Source: Octopus bimaculoides
Taxonomy: Eukaryota
Direction: 5' to 3'
Assembly: GCF_001194135.2 (NCBI RefSeq)
Contig: NC_069000.1
Span: forward strand, 28,126,798 to 28,164,817
Length of the DNA stretch: 38,020 nt
Shown: positions 10,905 to 21,420 of the stretch, piece by piece
How positions within the stretch are numbered: the stretch's first letter is position 1
How the letters are laid out: each line of letters opens with the position of its first letter
Position numbers and translations under genes: made by a program
Notes under the pieces: generated by a model
The model's input: only the letters and a program-made list of their open reading frames with translations
Told to the model about the DNA's origin: nothing
Database searches by the model: none

Positions 10905-11106
10905 TAAGCCTTTCTACTATGGGCACAAGGCCCGCAATTTGGGGGAGGGAGACTAGTTGATTACATTGACCCTAGTGTTTCACTGGTATTTAATTTATCG
11001 ATCCCAAAAGGATGAAAAGCAAAGTTGACCTCAGCACGTAAAGACAGACAAAATGTTGTTAAGCATTTCACCCAGCATGCTAATGATTCTGCCAGCTTGC
11101 TACCTT
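10905..11106 (-). mobile_element. SINE family A, near full length with a small internal deletion of the B-box region
   Basis: Reverse-complement head gattctgccagcttgctacctt and core tttatcgatcccaaaaggatgaaaagcaaagttgacctc. Confidence 0.85.
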
Positions 11107-11479
11107 AAGGTAGCAAGCTGGCTAACAATAATAATAACAATAACTGGAAGGCTTGCTGGCTCTCTGTGTCTCACTTCAGAATAGTGCTCCATATTTAAAT
11201 ATCCATATGTTGTTTTTCTTTTTCACTTGTCCCTATGGTTATAGCTTGGACTAATGGTATTATATGCAGGAAGTCAATCATTTGTTTATGTTTCTTCTTT
11301 TGCATGTAGAATAACAGCGATATGTTTTTTTTTTTTCCCAATTTTCTTTCTTTTTCTCATCAAATTTCAGATGATAGGTTATATTTCAATTTTGATTTAC
11401 TTATAACTTCAATGTTGAAAACTTGTTTGCATTTCAGCGATGAACTCACCCAATTGCACCCTTGCCACCTATACTAGAA

Positions 11480-11660
11480 ATCTTGATGAAGATTGTGGTG
11501 AAGATGATAAAAATATTGATAGTGATATTAATGGTGAAATTGATTGTGACAATGATAGTAAAATTGGTTGTGTTCATAAAAATAATAATGATAGTGGTAG
11601 TAGTAGTGATGAGGATGGTAATAATTACTATACCGAGAGTAATAATAATATCGATAAGGA
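11480..11660. repeat. Decayed in-phase trinucleotide repeat (GAT/AAT/AGT)n
   Basis: Period-3 low-complexity tract (gat, aat, agt, ggt). Confidence 0.75.
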
Positions 11661-12956
11661 ATATTAAGGTAAATTTGTTAGACCAAGCAATGATGGAGAG
11701 AACAGATGAGGAAAGGGACCATCTGCTGTATATTTTGTACTTGACTTATTGTGTTAGTCTGGAAGGAGTGTCTAATAAGCTTCCATTGTTAGCAACTGTA
11801 CGATGTACTTAGGTTTAGAATAAACATACTAAAGGTTGGATTGTTGGCAATTACACTGGCAAATCCAACAAGCAAGCTTAGTGAGGAGGATGGTAGTTGA
11901 ACAAACTGCAGAAAGAAAAACATGATTGTAAAGGGGAAGATGACCTCATCTGAGTCAATGACCACCGAACAGTACATGAGAGTAGGTGTGGACTCTCTGA
12001 ACCTTGGTTGGCAAACCACCCAGTGATGATGTAATGATAAAAATACAAATGCACAACCTCATTATAAATGCTATCTCAAAATGAATGATGTCATATTCAA
12101 GTAATAATCATGACTGCATGAATGGGACTGGAAGTGTTAACAGGGAAAGCAGGCAAGGGATGTCTGATTAAGCTCTGGCAGGTTGTCATCAAGCCATTGC
12201 TCAGAATTGAAGTCAAAAGTGCAGTAGGAAAAAATTGAAATGGCAAAAAGAGGTAAACAAGATTGTGAATGAATGTTGGCTGAGAAGTGAGTTGAAAGGT
12301 TTCAAAAAATGGATGAAGAGAATATGGGATGAAAAGGGAGTCTTTGATGCTTCTACCCAATGATTGATAGACCAGGCAAGGGCAATTCGCATGAATGATT
12401 GGATTACAGGATTAGGATTAGAGGCTAAAGAAATTGAGAAAAGAATAAAAAATTAACAGGAAGAGTGTGAAACAACAGTAGAAGAAAGTGGTAATGAAAG
12501 GATAAGAGATAAAGAAAACGAAAAAGAAGGAAATCACTATATGCCTTAGAAAGCTGATGGTGTAAATAGTGCAGGTGATTTAACTGGACAAGTGACTGTA
12601 AAACAGTGAACATTAGTGAAACAAACCGTAGTAACTGCTATTGTTGTAGCTAGCATAATAGAATATAGGCAGAAGACTATTGAAGAAAGGAACAGGAAGG
12701 AAAAGAAGGTACCAAACTGGAGGAAAAGAATAAGAATGAAGTTGGAAAAGACATGGAAAGAACTGGGTAATTAAATAGGATAGTGAGAGAACTCAAGAAT
12801 GAGTTTGTAATCAGAACACTGAATGGACAGTATAGGTTAGAAGTAAAGGAAAAGCAAGCTATATATGAAGAATTGTCACAAAGAGCAAATTGAAAAGATA
12901 TGATGCTGGATGAAAAGGTTTTGTACAGAATACATTGTTTCAATCAAACAGAAGTA

Positions 12957-14712
12957 GGTATCACTATGCCTAGTGTCAAAAAATTGGCCTAAATTGGTGG
13001 GGGAGGGGGTAAAAAAATCATAAACTTTTGAAATTTTTGTTTTATAAAAAGCTTTCCCTCTTCATTTCCAAGGTTATGGTGAAAAAAAAAAGGGAAAAAT
13101 CTCAGTCAAAATTAAGAAAATCCAGATTATGGGGGTGTCCTAATCCTAAACTCAGTCCTACAAATAATTAAATGAAATTATAACTATCGCAAGCATTTCC
13201 TGTGTATTCAGACATGATTATATTGCGAGCTATTATCTCTGAGGGGTCCAGTTTTGATACACTGGTACAGAGCATAAAACTGAATCTTCTCTAAGTTTGG
13301 GGCTTTACAATAAATTTGATAAGTATCCTTGGAGAGCTCTATGGAATGGGTGATGCAGTTTGGCCATGCAAAAACCCATTTTTTGGTACGTCATTTTCAT
13401 GACAAAATACCTAGTTTCCTTGGAAAATTATATATTATTTTAAAGTTCTGGATATGAACTTTGTTCTCATATAGTTTTAATCAAAATCTGATACTTACCT
13501 AAGATGTCAGGGTCCCTCAAATACCTTGGTATTTCTAAAGTTTATCCCATATTTTAATTTTTTTTTTTTTTTGACTGCTGAACAGTAGCCCTTGATTTAG
13601 TTCAATGTGCTTGAGCACTGTAACTCAAGTTGTGTTGATAATCCATACACACATGTAGATGAATTCTTTAGACTTATTTTGAAATAAATCTCGATGGTGG
13701 TAGGTCAGATAATCGTTACAAAATATAAAAGTGAAAATCAGCATTTGTGAAAATGTAAATGTTACAAGAATATCCGACTGTATTCAAAATCAGAGGGAAA
13801 AGTTTTTAAAATCACATAGGACTCTAATAGCCTACAAACTAATAATATAATTTTTATTGATGAAAATAGACCAATATTTCTCTAAGAAATACGAAATTCA
13901 CAAGGTAAAATTCATATGTTGCTTGGTACGAAGCAATAGGGAATAAACATTATTAATACAATGATTATATGCTAATTTTGGATTCTAGAAGTCCTATATA
14001 ACTCAATTTAGTGCAAATTCTTGTAGAAATATGTTTACTTACCAATCAATTTGTCTATTTCTTGAATTTCAAGAGAATCAAAATTGACATTTGAATTCGT
14101 GAATTTGCTGAGTGGGAATCCATCAGTCTGACAAGTAGTGTCAATATGTTTTTTTTTGTACACAAAAAGCATCAGTATACCACCCTCATTTTTCACCATA
14201 CCTAATGTCCTTGATTATTTAGCCAGAAATTTTTCTTTCTTATGGTATAAAAATCTTGAAGAAATTATGTTCTTTTCTAAGTGAAAATTTACAATAAAAG
14301 TTTCACTTTTATATTTTGTAACGATCATCTTCCTGACCTACCTCCATCGAGTTTTATATCAAAATCAAGCTAAAACATTCTTCAACACACGTATATAATT
14401 GTTAAGAGAACTTGAGATATGGCACTCAAGCTCACTGAACTAGAACAAGGGCTACTGTTCAACAGACAAAAAAAAACAGGACAAACTTTGAAAGTACATG
14501 AAAATACTCAGGTATTTGAGGGACCCTGACATATGTAACTGTTGGATTTCAATTAAAACTATAAGAAGAAAGTTCACAGCCAAAGCTTTCAAATGATATA
14601 TAATTTTCCATGGAAAATATTTATTTTGACATGAAAATGATAAAGCAAAAAAATGTGTTTCTCGTGTTTAAACTATGCTTGTCTCCATTGTATGGCACTC
14701 TACAGTGATACC
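12957..14712. mobile_element. Non-autonomous DNA transposon with ~300-bp inverted arms (13322-13630 / 14405-14712), TA-flanked
   Basis: TA|ggtatcact at 12955-12965 and agtgatacc|TA at 14704-14714. Arm matches include atgtcagggtccctcaaatacct / aggtatttgagggaccctgacat and ctgaacagtagcccttg / caagggctactgttca. It splits the R4/Dong ORF right after QNTLFQSN. Confidence 0.8.
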
Positions 14713-15561
14713 TAATAAAAGGCATCTTTTTGAAAAAACAGGAAACATCAAGAATCACTTCTATAGTTCTCCCCAAAATATTATTTGGGGGATTACGATG
14801 GAACAGGCCAGTGAGACATAAAGAAAGTACAGAGTGGTTAACACAGGCGGAGAGGCAATTTGAAATTGTACCAAGACAAATGAGCATCAGAATTGAGCTG
14901 TATTCAGTGCGACTGAAGTTTTAAAAACTGGTAACTGGAAAGGACTTGGATTGGATGGAGTATAAGAATATTGGCTGAAGAATTTTACATAGTTGCATGA
15001 AAAGATTGTTGCACACCTTGACAAATGGCTGCAGCAAGGACATGTCTCTACCTGGATGACAAGTGAACAAACATTGCTATGTCTCAAGGACCCCTTCAAA
15101 GGTAAATTGGTATCAAATTTTCAAACTACAACCTGTTTAGCACTTATATGGAAGCTTATGAGAGGTGTCTTGGCAGTAAAGTTATATAATCATCTGGAAA
15201 GTAAGTTTACTTCTATGAACAGAAGTGATGCATGAAGCACAGTAGTGCAACTAAAGGCCAATAGTTAGTTGATAAAATGATAATTAGAAATTGTAGAAGC
15301 AGATTGACAGGCTTGAATGTAGCATGGTTGGGTTATGACATTGTACCACACAGATGGACAAGTAAAACAATGAGAATGAGTGACATAAAATATGGAGAAA
15401 AGTCAAGGAAAGTATGAAACATTGGAATACTGTATTGATTGGAAAGAAAAAATAAAAGGCTTGGGGAAGTGAACATCAGATGTGATATATTTCAAGGAGA
15501 TAGCTTATTTGTATCGGTCATAATACTGCTCAGTTTGATATTACAAAAAATCAAAATAGCT

Positions 15562-16196
15562 GATATTACCTATTTGGCTGCCACTTTTCAATTTTTGTTC
15601 CAATTAATTTCATATTTGGTGTATTGGTGTAGTTTTGTATGGTAATCATTGATATGAAATTCATTTTGCCTTAAATCAACAAAGAGTTAATGGCTTTTAA
15701 AGTTTGCAAATTTTAGGCAATTTTAGCCAATCAAGAGACATATAGGTGCTTATTTCCATAGTAACAAACCAAGCTGTTTACCCATGTGATCATTTTTCTC
15801 TTATTAAAAGTGTTAAATACATGAGGTATAAGATGGTCATGAGATATACTAAAAATAGCAGCTAAATAAGCCTTAANNNNNNNNNNGAATACAAATTTAG
15901 AAAACTTTTCTGAAAATTCCAAAAAATAGAAAAGATTTGAGGGGTGCATAGGGTAGAATTCTGCCAATATTTCATTTGTTTACAGTTGACATGGGCAGTC
16001 ACGCACAAAATGACATTTTTCAAATTCTGTTTTCTGACTAAGTAAAAATTATCAAACTTTAAACCTTTGTAACTTTTTTTTTAAAATTTTATGGAAAAAG
16101 TGAATTAGCTTCTGAGATTCAGCATGAAAAATTACATCAATACACCAAATTTTAAAATTTTCACTAAACTTTAAAATTTCCATAGAAAAAAAGATC
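15562..16196. mobile_element. Non-autonomous foldback element with a 10-bp target-site duplication (MULE-like)
   Basis: caaaatagct is duplicated at 15552-15561 and 16197-16206. Inverted arms atttggtgtattggtgtagtttt / aaaattacatcaatacaccaaat. Removing it rejoins the RT text ILQKIKIA / YDFGKGYGLLFMDD. Confidence 0.78.
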
Positions 16197-17746
16197 CAAA
16201 ATAGCTTTATGATTTTGGAAAAGGATATGGTCTCCTTTTTATGGATGATATAAAGATTTAGGTGAAAAATGAGAAGCAGCTTGAAAGTCTTGTGTGTACT
16301 GTTTGCATTTTCTGAAATGACATAGGTATAGAATTTGGGATTGAAAAGTGCACTATATTGATAATGAAACAGGGAAGGTTTGAAGGAAGCCAAGGAATTG
16401 AAATGCCAAATGGGCAAAAAATAAAAGCAGTTAGAAAAGACAGTGGTATAGGTATTTGGTAATACTGGAAGCAGATGAAATAAAACATGAAGAGATGAAG
16501 CAGATTACAATTAGGGAGTATACAAGAAGAGTGAGAAAAATACTGTTGAAGTTGAATTCAAAATATGCTATTGAAGCAATAAATGCAAGAACAGTACTGG
16601 TAATCAGATATGGAGTTGGAATTGTAGATTGGACAAAAAGTGATATGCAGAAACTTGACAGAAAAACTAGAAAGCTGTTGACAATGTATGGAGCCCACCA
16701 TCAAAAAGATAATATTAAAACGGTTGTACTTGAAGAGAGACCAGGGTGGAAGAGTATATACAGAAGGAAAGAAAAGCCTACTAGAATATTTACAGAACAG
16801 CACAGAGAAATTACGAAAGGTAGTAAATAAAGAACAGGTGATCAAGTGTGGAATAGGACAAGAATGAAATCTTAAGAGAGTATATTAAATAGATTGAAGA
16901 GAAACCTTTGCATGATCAGATTTGGAAAGCCAGTGAGGATGTGTGTGGAACAAAAACCTGAACTTGGTTGAAAAAAGAGCATTTAAAAAAAAAAAGAGAG
17001 ACTTATTTTAGCAGCTCGAGATAAAGTGTTAAAAACAAACAACTTGAGAAAATATGAGATGTCAGCAAAATACAGAGTGTGTGAAATTTTCAATGAAACA
17101 ATGGTACACATTGTGGCAGAATGTCCCAAGTTGGCTCAAGAAGAATACAAAAAATGGAGGCATGACCAAGTTGTGAAAGTTATGCACTGGAGGCTTTGTC
17201 AGTAATGGGGATATGAAGCTGGAAGGACTTGGTATTATCATCAAGTTGAAAGGGTGCCCAAGTTGAAGGGCAATATTTTATGGAATTTTCCAATTCAAAC
17301 AGAAAAGAAGATAGAAAATAATAAACTAGATATAACAATAATACGCAAGAAAAAGCAAAGATGCTTACTAATTGATTCATCATGTCCATTTGATTTCAAG
17401 ATTGTAAAGAAAGATGAGAAATTAAAAAAATATACTCCCTTAAAATCTGAAATTGCAATAAATTGGAATATGAAACTGTAAGGGTTGTACCAGTAATAAC
17501 TGGTGCATTAGGGACTGTAAGGAATGATAGACAAATGGTTGAAGGTGATTGAACTGGAATGTCCTGTGGAGCTTCTACACAAAGTTTGCCTCTTAGGAAC
17601 AGGAAAGATTATCAGAAGAGTTTTGAGCACTTGAAAGATTATTGAAAGCTTGTGGATATCTAAGGTAACAGGTAGTAACCCATTACCCACTTAAATTCTT
17701 CCAGGAATAAGACCAAACCTGAGTCAAGTTGAATAATATATATATA

Positions 17747-18047
17747 TTTGAAAAATTTTGTTATAGGTATAAATATACCATAAACAAGTATTAAAAAAAT
17801 GGAGAAAAAAAGATGTTGAATCAAAATTAGATTCAATACATACGCACGTTTCGAAATTTATGAATAAATTTAATTATAATTACTATGATTATAATCTTTC
17901 TCTTACTTATTTGTATTGTCTTTCGAAACATGTGAATGTATTGAATCCAATTTTGTATTAAATCTAATATTCATCCAACATCATTTTCTCCTCCATTTTT
18001 TTATACTTGTTTATGGTATATTTATACCTATAACAAAATTTTTCAAC
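17747..18047. mobile_element. Palindromic MITE with TA target duplication (Tc1/mariner-type)
   Basis: ttgaaaaattttgttataggtataaatataccataaacaagtat pairs perfectly with atacttgtttatggtatatttatacctataacaaaatttttcaa; the arms extend ~110 bp to tttcgaaa; TA on both sides. Confidence 0.85.
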
Positions 18048-18184
18048 TATTATTTTCATATTCTTATTACTTGCTCTGGCTGATTTTTATGAATATGATG
18101 AATCTTTATTAGAAATCATTTTTTACTCTCTTTTTTGGATCTCTCAAAAAGTTTGAGCTGTTCTTTTTCAACTTATTTTTTCTT

Positions 18185-18282
18185 ATATATATATATATAT
18201 ACACACACATGTATATACACGTGTGTGTATATATGTGTACATGCATACACGTGTGTGTATGTACGTGTGTGTGTGTGTGTTT
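18185..18282. repeat. Mixed (TA)n/(CA)n/(TG)n microsatellite
   Basis: Directly visible. Confidence 0.95.
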
Positions 18283-18284
18283 TC

Positions 18285-18605
18285 TAATAGAGTCCTAGCT
18301 AACCAATGCCTTGTGAATAAACTTGGTACACAGTATCTGTAGAAAGCCTTTCATATATAAATACATGTGCATGACTGTTGATATTCTATGCGCGTCTCCA
18401 CATGATGATGATTATATTCCTTGTCAACCTTATGACCAGTTATCCTGCACTTTCAAAGAGCTGTAGAATAAAAAATCTTTTACTTGGAAAACAGGTAAGT
18501 GCTGATGACAGGGAGAGCATCCAGCTTTAAAATCCTACCTCAGGTAACTCCTCAATCTAACCTAAGCTAGCATGAAAAAAATGGGACATTAAATGAAAGA
18601 ATGAA
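18285..18605 (+). mobile_element. Old, head-truncated SINE ending in an RTE-like tail
   Basis: ccaatgccttgtgaataaacttggta... body, then gacagggagagcatccagct...ctagcatgaaaaaaatgggacattaaatg, a degenerate version of the RTE family 1 tail. Confidence 0.6.
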
Positions 18606-18668
18606 TAAAGAATATATAAAATAAGTTTGCCTCTGTGTGTGTATATGCATATATAAATATATAATACA

Positions 18669-18674
18669 TTTATT
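18669..18674 (-). terminator. Candidate polyadenylation signal (AATAAA) of the BTB-ZF gene
   Basis: tttatt on the + strand, ~125 nt downstream of the stop. The context is AT-rich, so a chance match is plausible. Confidence 0.3.
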
Positions 18675-18796
18675 TATGCATATATACATATAAATATATA
18701 TATCTGTGTTTATATATACACACCTCATATTTACCACATAGGTAAAAAGAAATACAGATAAATAAACAAATATAACAATGGGAGTCAGGTAATTCA

Positions 18797-21028
18797 TTAC
18801 ACATACTGAATGGTAGGATAACTTATTTCTGTAAAACCATCACTATTGACTCTTGTAATAGCAAATGGTACAGGGATGTCATCTGAAGCTGTAATGACAA
18901 TTTGTGTTGTTGTGGGAGGAATTGTGTTTTCTTCTTTTGTGCTATTTTCTTCTGCTTCTTCATATGATTCAGTAAACAGTCCATTGTTGTTACTAATCTG
19001 GTAATCAGAAATTCGATGTTTTTTGTTTGGCCTTTCCCCAATGCCATGCTGTTTTAATAAATGTTCTTTGAGTTTGTCATACCGTGTTGATGTGAATGAG
19101 CAATGGTCACACTTGTATGGCCGATCGTTTGAATGAAGCAACATGTGCCGTTTCATGTTTTTGATGAGTGAGAAACTTTGGTTACACACCCGACAAACAT
19201 GTGGTTTTTCATGAGTGTGTGTCAACATATGATACTTGAGATTTTGCCTCTTTAATGCTTGAAATATACAACCTTGAACAGTGCACTTGAACGTTTCCCC
19301 TGTGTGTATAAGATGATGAGCCTTAAGCTGACTTTTATGTGCAGTTGCAAAACCACAAACATCACACAAATGGTCCTTAGTATTGCTATGTACCACCATA
19401 TGACTTTTGAGGGCATGCTTCCATTTGAAACCTGCAAAACATTTTGGACATACAAATGGTTTGTCTTCTGAATGCTTAGGTGCATGCAAATTGAGTTGAG
19501 TTTTTGTTTTAAATTTCATATCACACAAACAACAGAAATATGGATGTTCCCCACTATGTCGAGATAAGTGCAATGTAAGTTCTTCAGCATTAGTAGCTTT
19601 ATAATCACAATAACTGCATTGAAGTTCAGCATGTAAATGGCTTCGGTTATGATCTGTAAGAGTTTTCAATTTGTTGGCTTTATAATCACATTTATCACAA
19701 CCATATTTACCTTCCAAGTGTATTTTTTGATGTCTTTTAAAATGATAGAAACTATAGGTACTGTACAGGCAGTCATCACAGACGTATACTTCAAAATTCA
19801 CATTATTTACCTTACCAAGCTTCTTACACTTACCATTACCACCACTACTGTCGTTATTGTTGGCAGAATTTTGATTGTTATTTGAAGAAGTGTGTAGACG
19901 TGATCTCGTTTTACCCTTGTTTCTGTAAATGGATCGACTACGCGTGTGTTTCTTACCGAGTCGTATTCGAAGACTTGAACGCACAGCCCCTGGACATTGA
20001 GATAGCGATTTTTCTTCAAGTTCGATCTGTGCTTCAGGTTCCGTGTCAGGCTTACCTGTCTCCACTGAATCTTCCGTTTTATCACTTTCAATTGTGGGAC
20101 TTAAATTTTGATTTTCTGAATTTGAAACTGAATTAATATTAGTAGCAGTAGTAATAATGGAAGTTGTGTTTGTTGAGGTAGTTGTATGCGTCACTAATGT
20201 TGATAAAGTTTCGTCCATTAAACTATCTGTGGTTATGTCTTGGATAGGTGTAGATTCTTCGAAAATTGTTTCAGCAGTACTACCTGATACCTGAAAAGGC
20301 TGACCATTAATAGTTTCACATGGCTGTACAGAGGCTGAAGAAGTCACAGCTGTTGAACTTAACACTAAACAATTGTTGGAAACTGATAAAACATTCGAAT
20401 TAGAATGAGTAAAAATATTAGTTTGAGTTGTTTGGTCTTTACTGTCACCAATTTCCTGCGGAGGTAAAGATTCGCCAGCAACAAAATTATTAGTTATAAG
20501 ATTGTCCAGTTGATAATCAGGATCCTTCTTTATTTGCTGTGGATCTTCTTGGCTGGGAAGTTTACTGTCGACAACAGTAGTTATGCCAGAAGTTTGGACA
20601 CTCTGTCGGAATCTTTCACAATATTCTAAAACTCTGTCCATCTGCATGATCTTGGCTATCTCAACCACCTGAGAGAGAACGTTGAGAGAAAGCTCGATGA
20701 CGCTTGTATACATAAAATCTACAACCTTCCTAACGGCCATCCCGTAGCCACTATTGGAATCACTCGCTCCATCGATGTGAATTTCAATTATTTGGGGTGC
20801 TTTCTGAGAGAAAGCGCGTGGCAAGTCTTGTCCCATGCCCAGAAAGGAAGCAAAATATGGACTAGCAGCAGCCAATACATTACTATGAGCAAAAATTTCC
20901 TCGCCACATACTTTAAATACAATGTCACAGAAACGGGATATCTTTCTTTGATCGTATAAATTTTTCATAACGTTGCTTATAAGTTTTTCGTCGACGAACT
21001 GAACCATCGGCTCTTCCTTCGACGCCAT
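18797..21028 (-). CDS. BTB/POZ-domain C2H2 zinc-finger transcription factor (ZBTB-like), 743 aa, single coding exon
   Basis: Intact ORF from ATG to stop. N-terminal FCDIVFKVCGEEIFAHSNVLAAASPYF...VVDFMYTS (BTB); S/T-rich linker; basic stretch RIRLGKKHTRSR; nine C2H2 fingers from CDDC..HQKIH to CDHC..HLLKQH (~19785-19040) with HSGEHPY, HSEDKPF, HTGETF, HTHEKPH and HSNDRPY linkers. No specific ortholog recognised. Confidence 0.96.
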   Translation of the reverse strand: MASKEEPMVQFVDEKLISNVMKNLYDQRKISRFCDIVFKVCGEEIFAHSNVLAAASPYFASFLGMGQDLPRAFSQKAPQIIEIHIDGASDSNSGYGMAVRKVVDFMYTSVIELSLNVLSQVVEIAKIMQMDRVLEYCERFRQSVQTSGITTVVDSKLPSQEDPQQIKKDPDYQLDNLITNNFVAGESLPPQEIGDSKDQTTQTNIFTHSNSNVLSVSNNCLVLSSTAVTSSASVQPCETINGQPFQVSGSTAETIFEESTPIQDITTDSLMDETLSTLVTHTTTSTNTTSIITTATNINSVSNSENQNLSPTIESDKTEDSVETGKPDTEPEAQIELEEKSLSQCPGAVRSSLRIRLGKKHTRSRSIYRNKGKTRSRLHTSSNNNQNSANNNDSSGGNGKCKKLGKVNNVNFEVYVCDDCLYSTYSFYHFKRHQKIHLEGKYGCDKCDYKANKLKTLTDHNRSHLHAELQCSYCDYKATNAEELTLHLSRHSGEHPYFCCLCDMKFKTKTQLNLHAPKHSEDKPFVCPKCFAGFKWKHALKSHMVVHSNTKDHLCDVCGFATAHKSQLKAHHLIHTGETFKCTVQGCIFQALKRQNLKYHMLTHTHEKPHVCRVCNQSFSLIKNMKRHMLLHSNDRPYKCDHCSFTSTRYDKLKEHLLKQHGIGERPNKKHRISDYQISNNNGLFTESYEEAEENSTKEENTIPPTTTQIVITASDDIPVPFAITRVNSDGFTEISYPTIQYV

Positions 21029-21029
21029 A

Positions 21030-21420
21030 TTGAAAGGGAAAGTTAATTATGTGCGTATATGATTCTGCCAAAAGTCAGACAAATAAAGTGAGCAAAAGTG
21101 ATACAAAGGTTACCTTAACTTGATATTGATGTTTTTATATTGCTTATGAGTCCAAATTGTTATTACTGATTTTTCACAAAAATAATACAAATAATGAAAG
21201 GTCCCTGTGAACAAGTCTCCCACACAAGCTTCGGTAGGCTGACGCTACAAACGCATACTAATTGAAAGGCTTAGACACATTCCAAATACGGAATCATTTT
21301 CGTAAATATAAACATACTCACAACTACAGCATACATAGACACACGAACATGCAGAAGGGAGGTAACTCTACTCTTTTAACGTTCAGTGGGTGTTTGATCA
21401 TTTGGTTAAAAGTTAAGAGA
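21030..21420 (-). promoter_or_regulatory. Putative CpG-retaining promoter/5' UTR region of the BTB-ZF gene
   Basis: TE-free unique sequence directly upstream of the ATG, with CpGs retained as in the 5' half of the ORF. No TSS motif is demonstrated. Confidence 0.35.

Larger units (their letters stand above)
11800..17731 (+). mobile_element. Degenerate R4/Dong-type non-LTR retrotransposon (RT plus restriction-like endonuclease), interrupted by two DNA-element insertions
   Basis: N-terminal EKGVFDASTQ*LIDQARAIRMNDW; QNTLFQSN; IFQGDSL; LLFMDDIK; IEFGIEKC; EYTRRVRKIL..LNSKYAIEAIN; LDRKTRKLLTMYGAHH; CCHC finger CRVC...ETMVHIVAEC; RHDQV; RLE motifs NKLDITII, LIDSSCPFD, EKLKKY, GALG. Ends at an AAT/TA-rich tail. 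The 5' boundary is approximate. Confidence 0.88.

Noticed and set aside
11439-11668. 75-aa D/N/S-rich ORF with an upstream tttcag and a downstream ag/gtaaat, resembling an exon
   Set aside because: It is explained by a decayed in-phase trinucleotide repeat, and a stop precedes the putative donor. It would need RNA evidence.
18567-20959. Short ORFs overlapping or antisense to the BTB-ZF CDS (e.g. 19252-19485, 19637-19885)
   Set aside because: Shadow frames of a genuine coding sequence with no recognisable motifs.
21065-21113. Possible 5' UTR intron (GT at 21113, AG at 21065, minus strand)
   Set aside because: At only 49 nt it is implausibly short without transcript evidence, although the acceptor alone could be used by a more distant donor.
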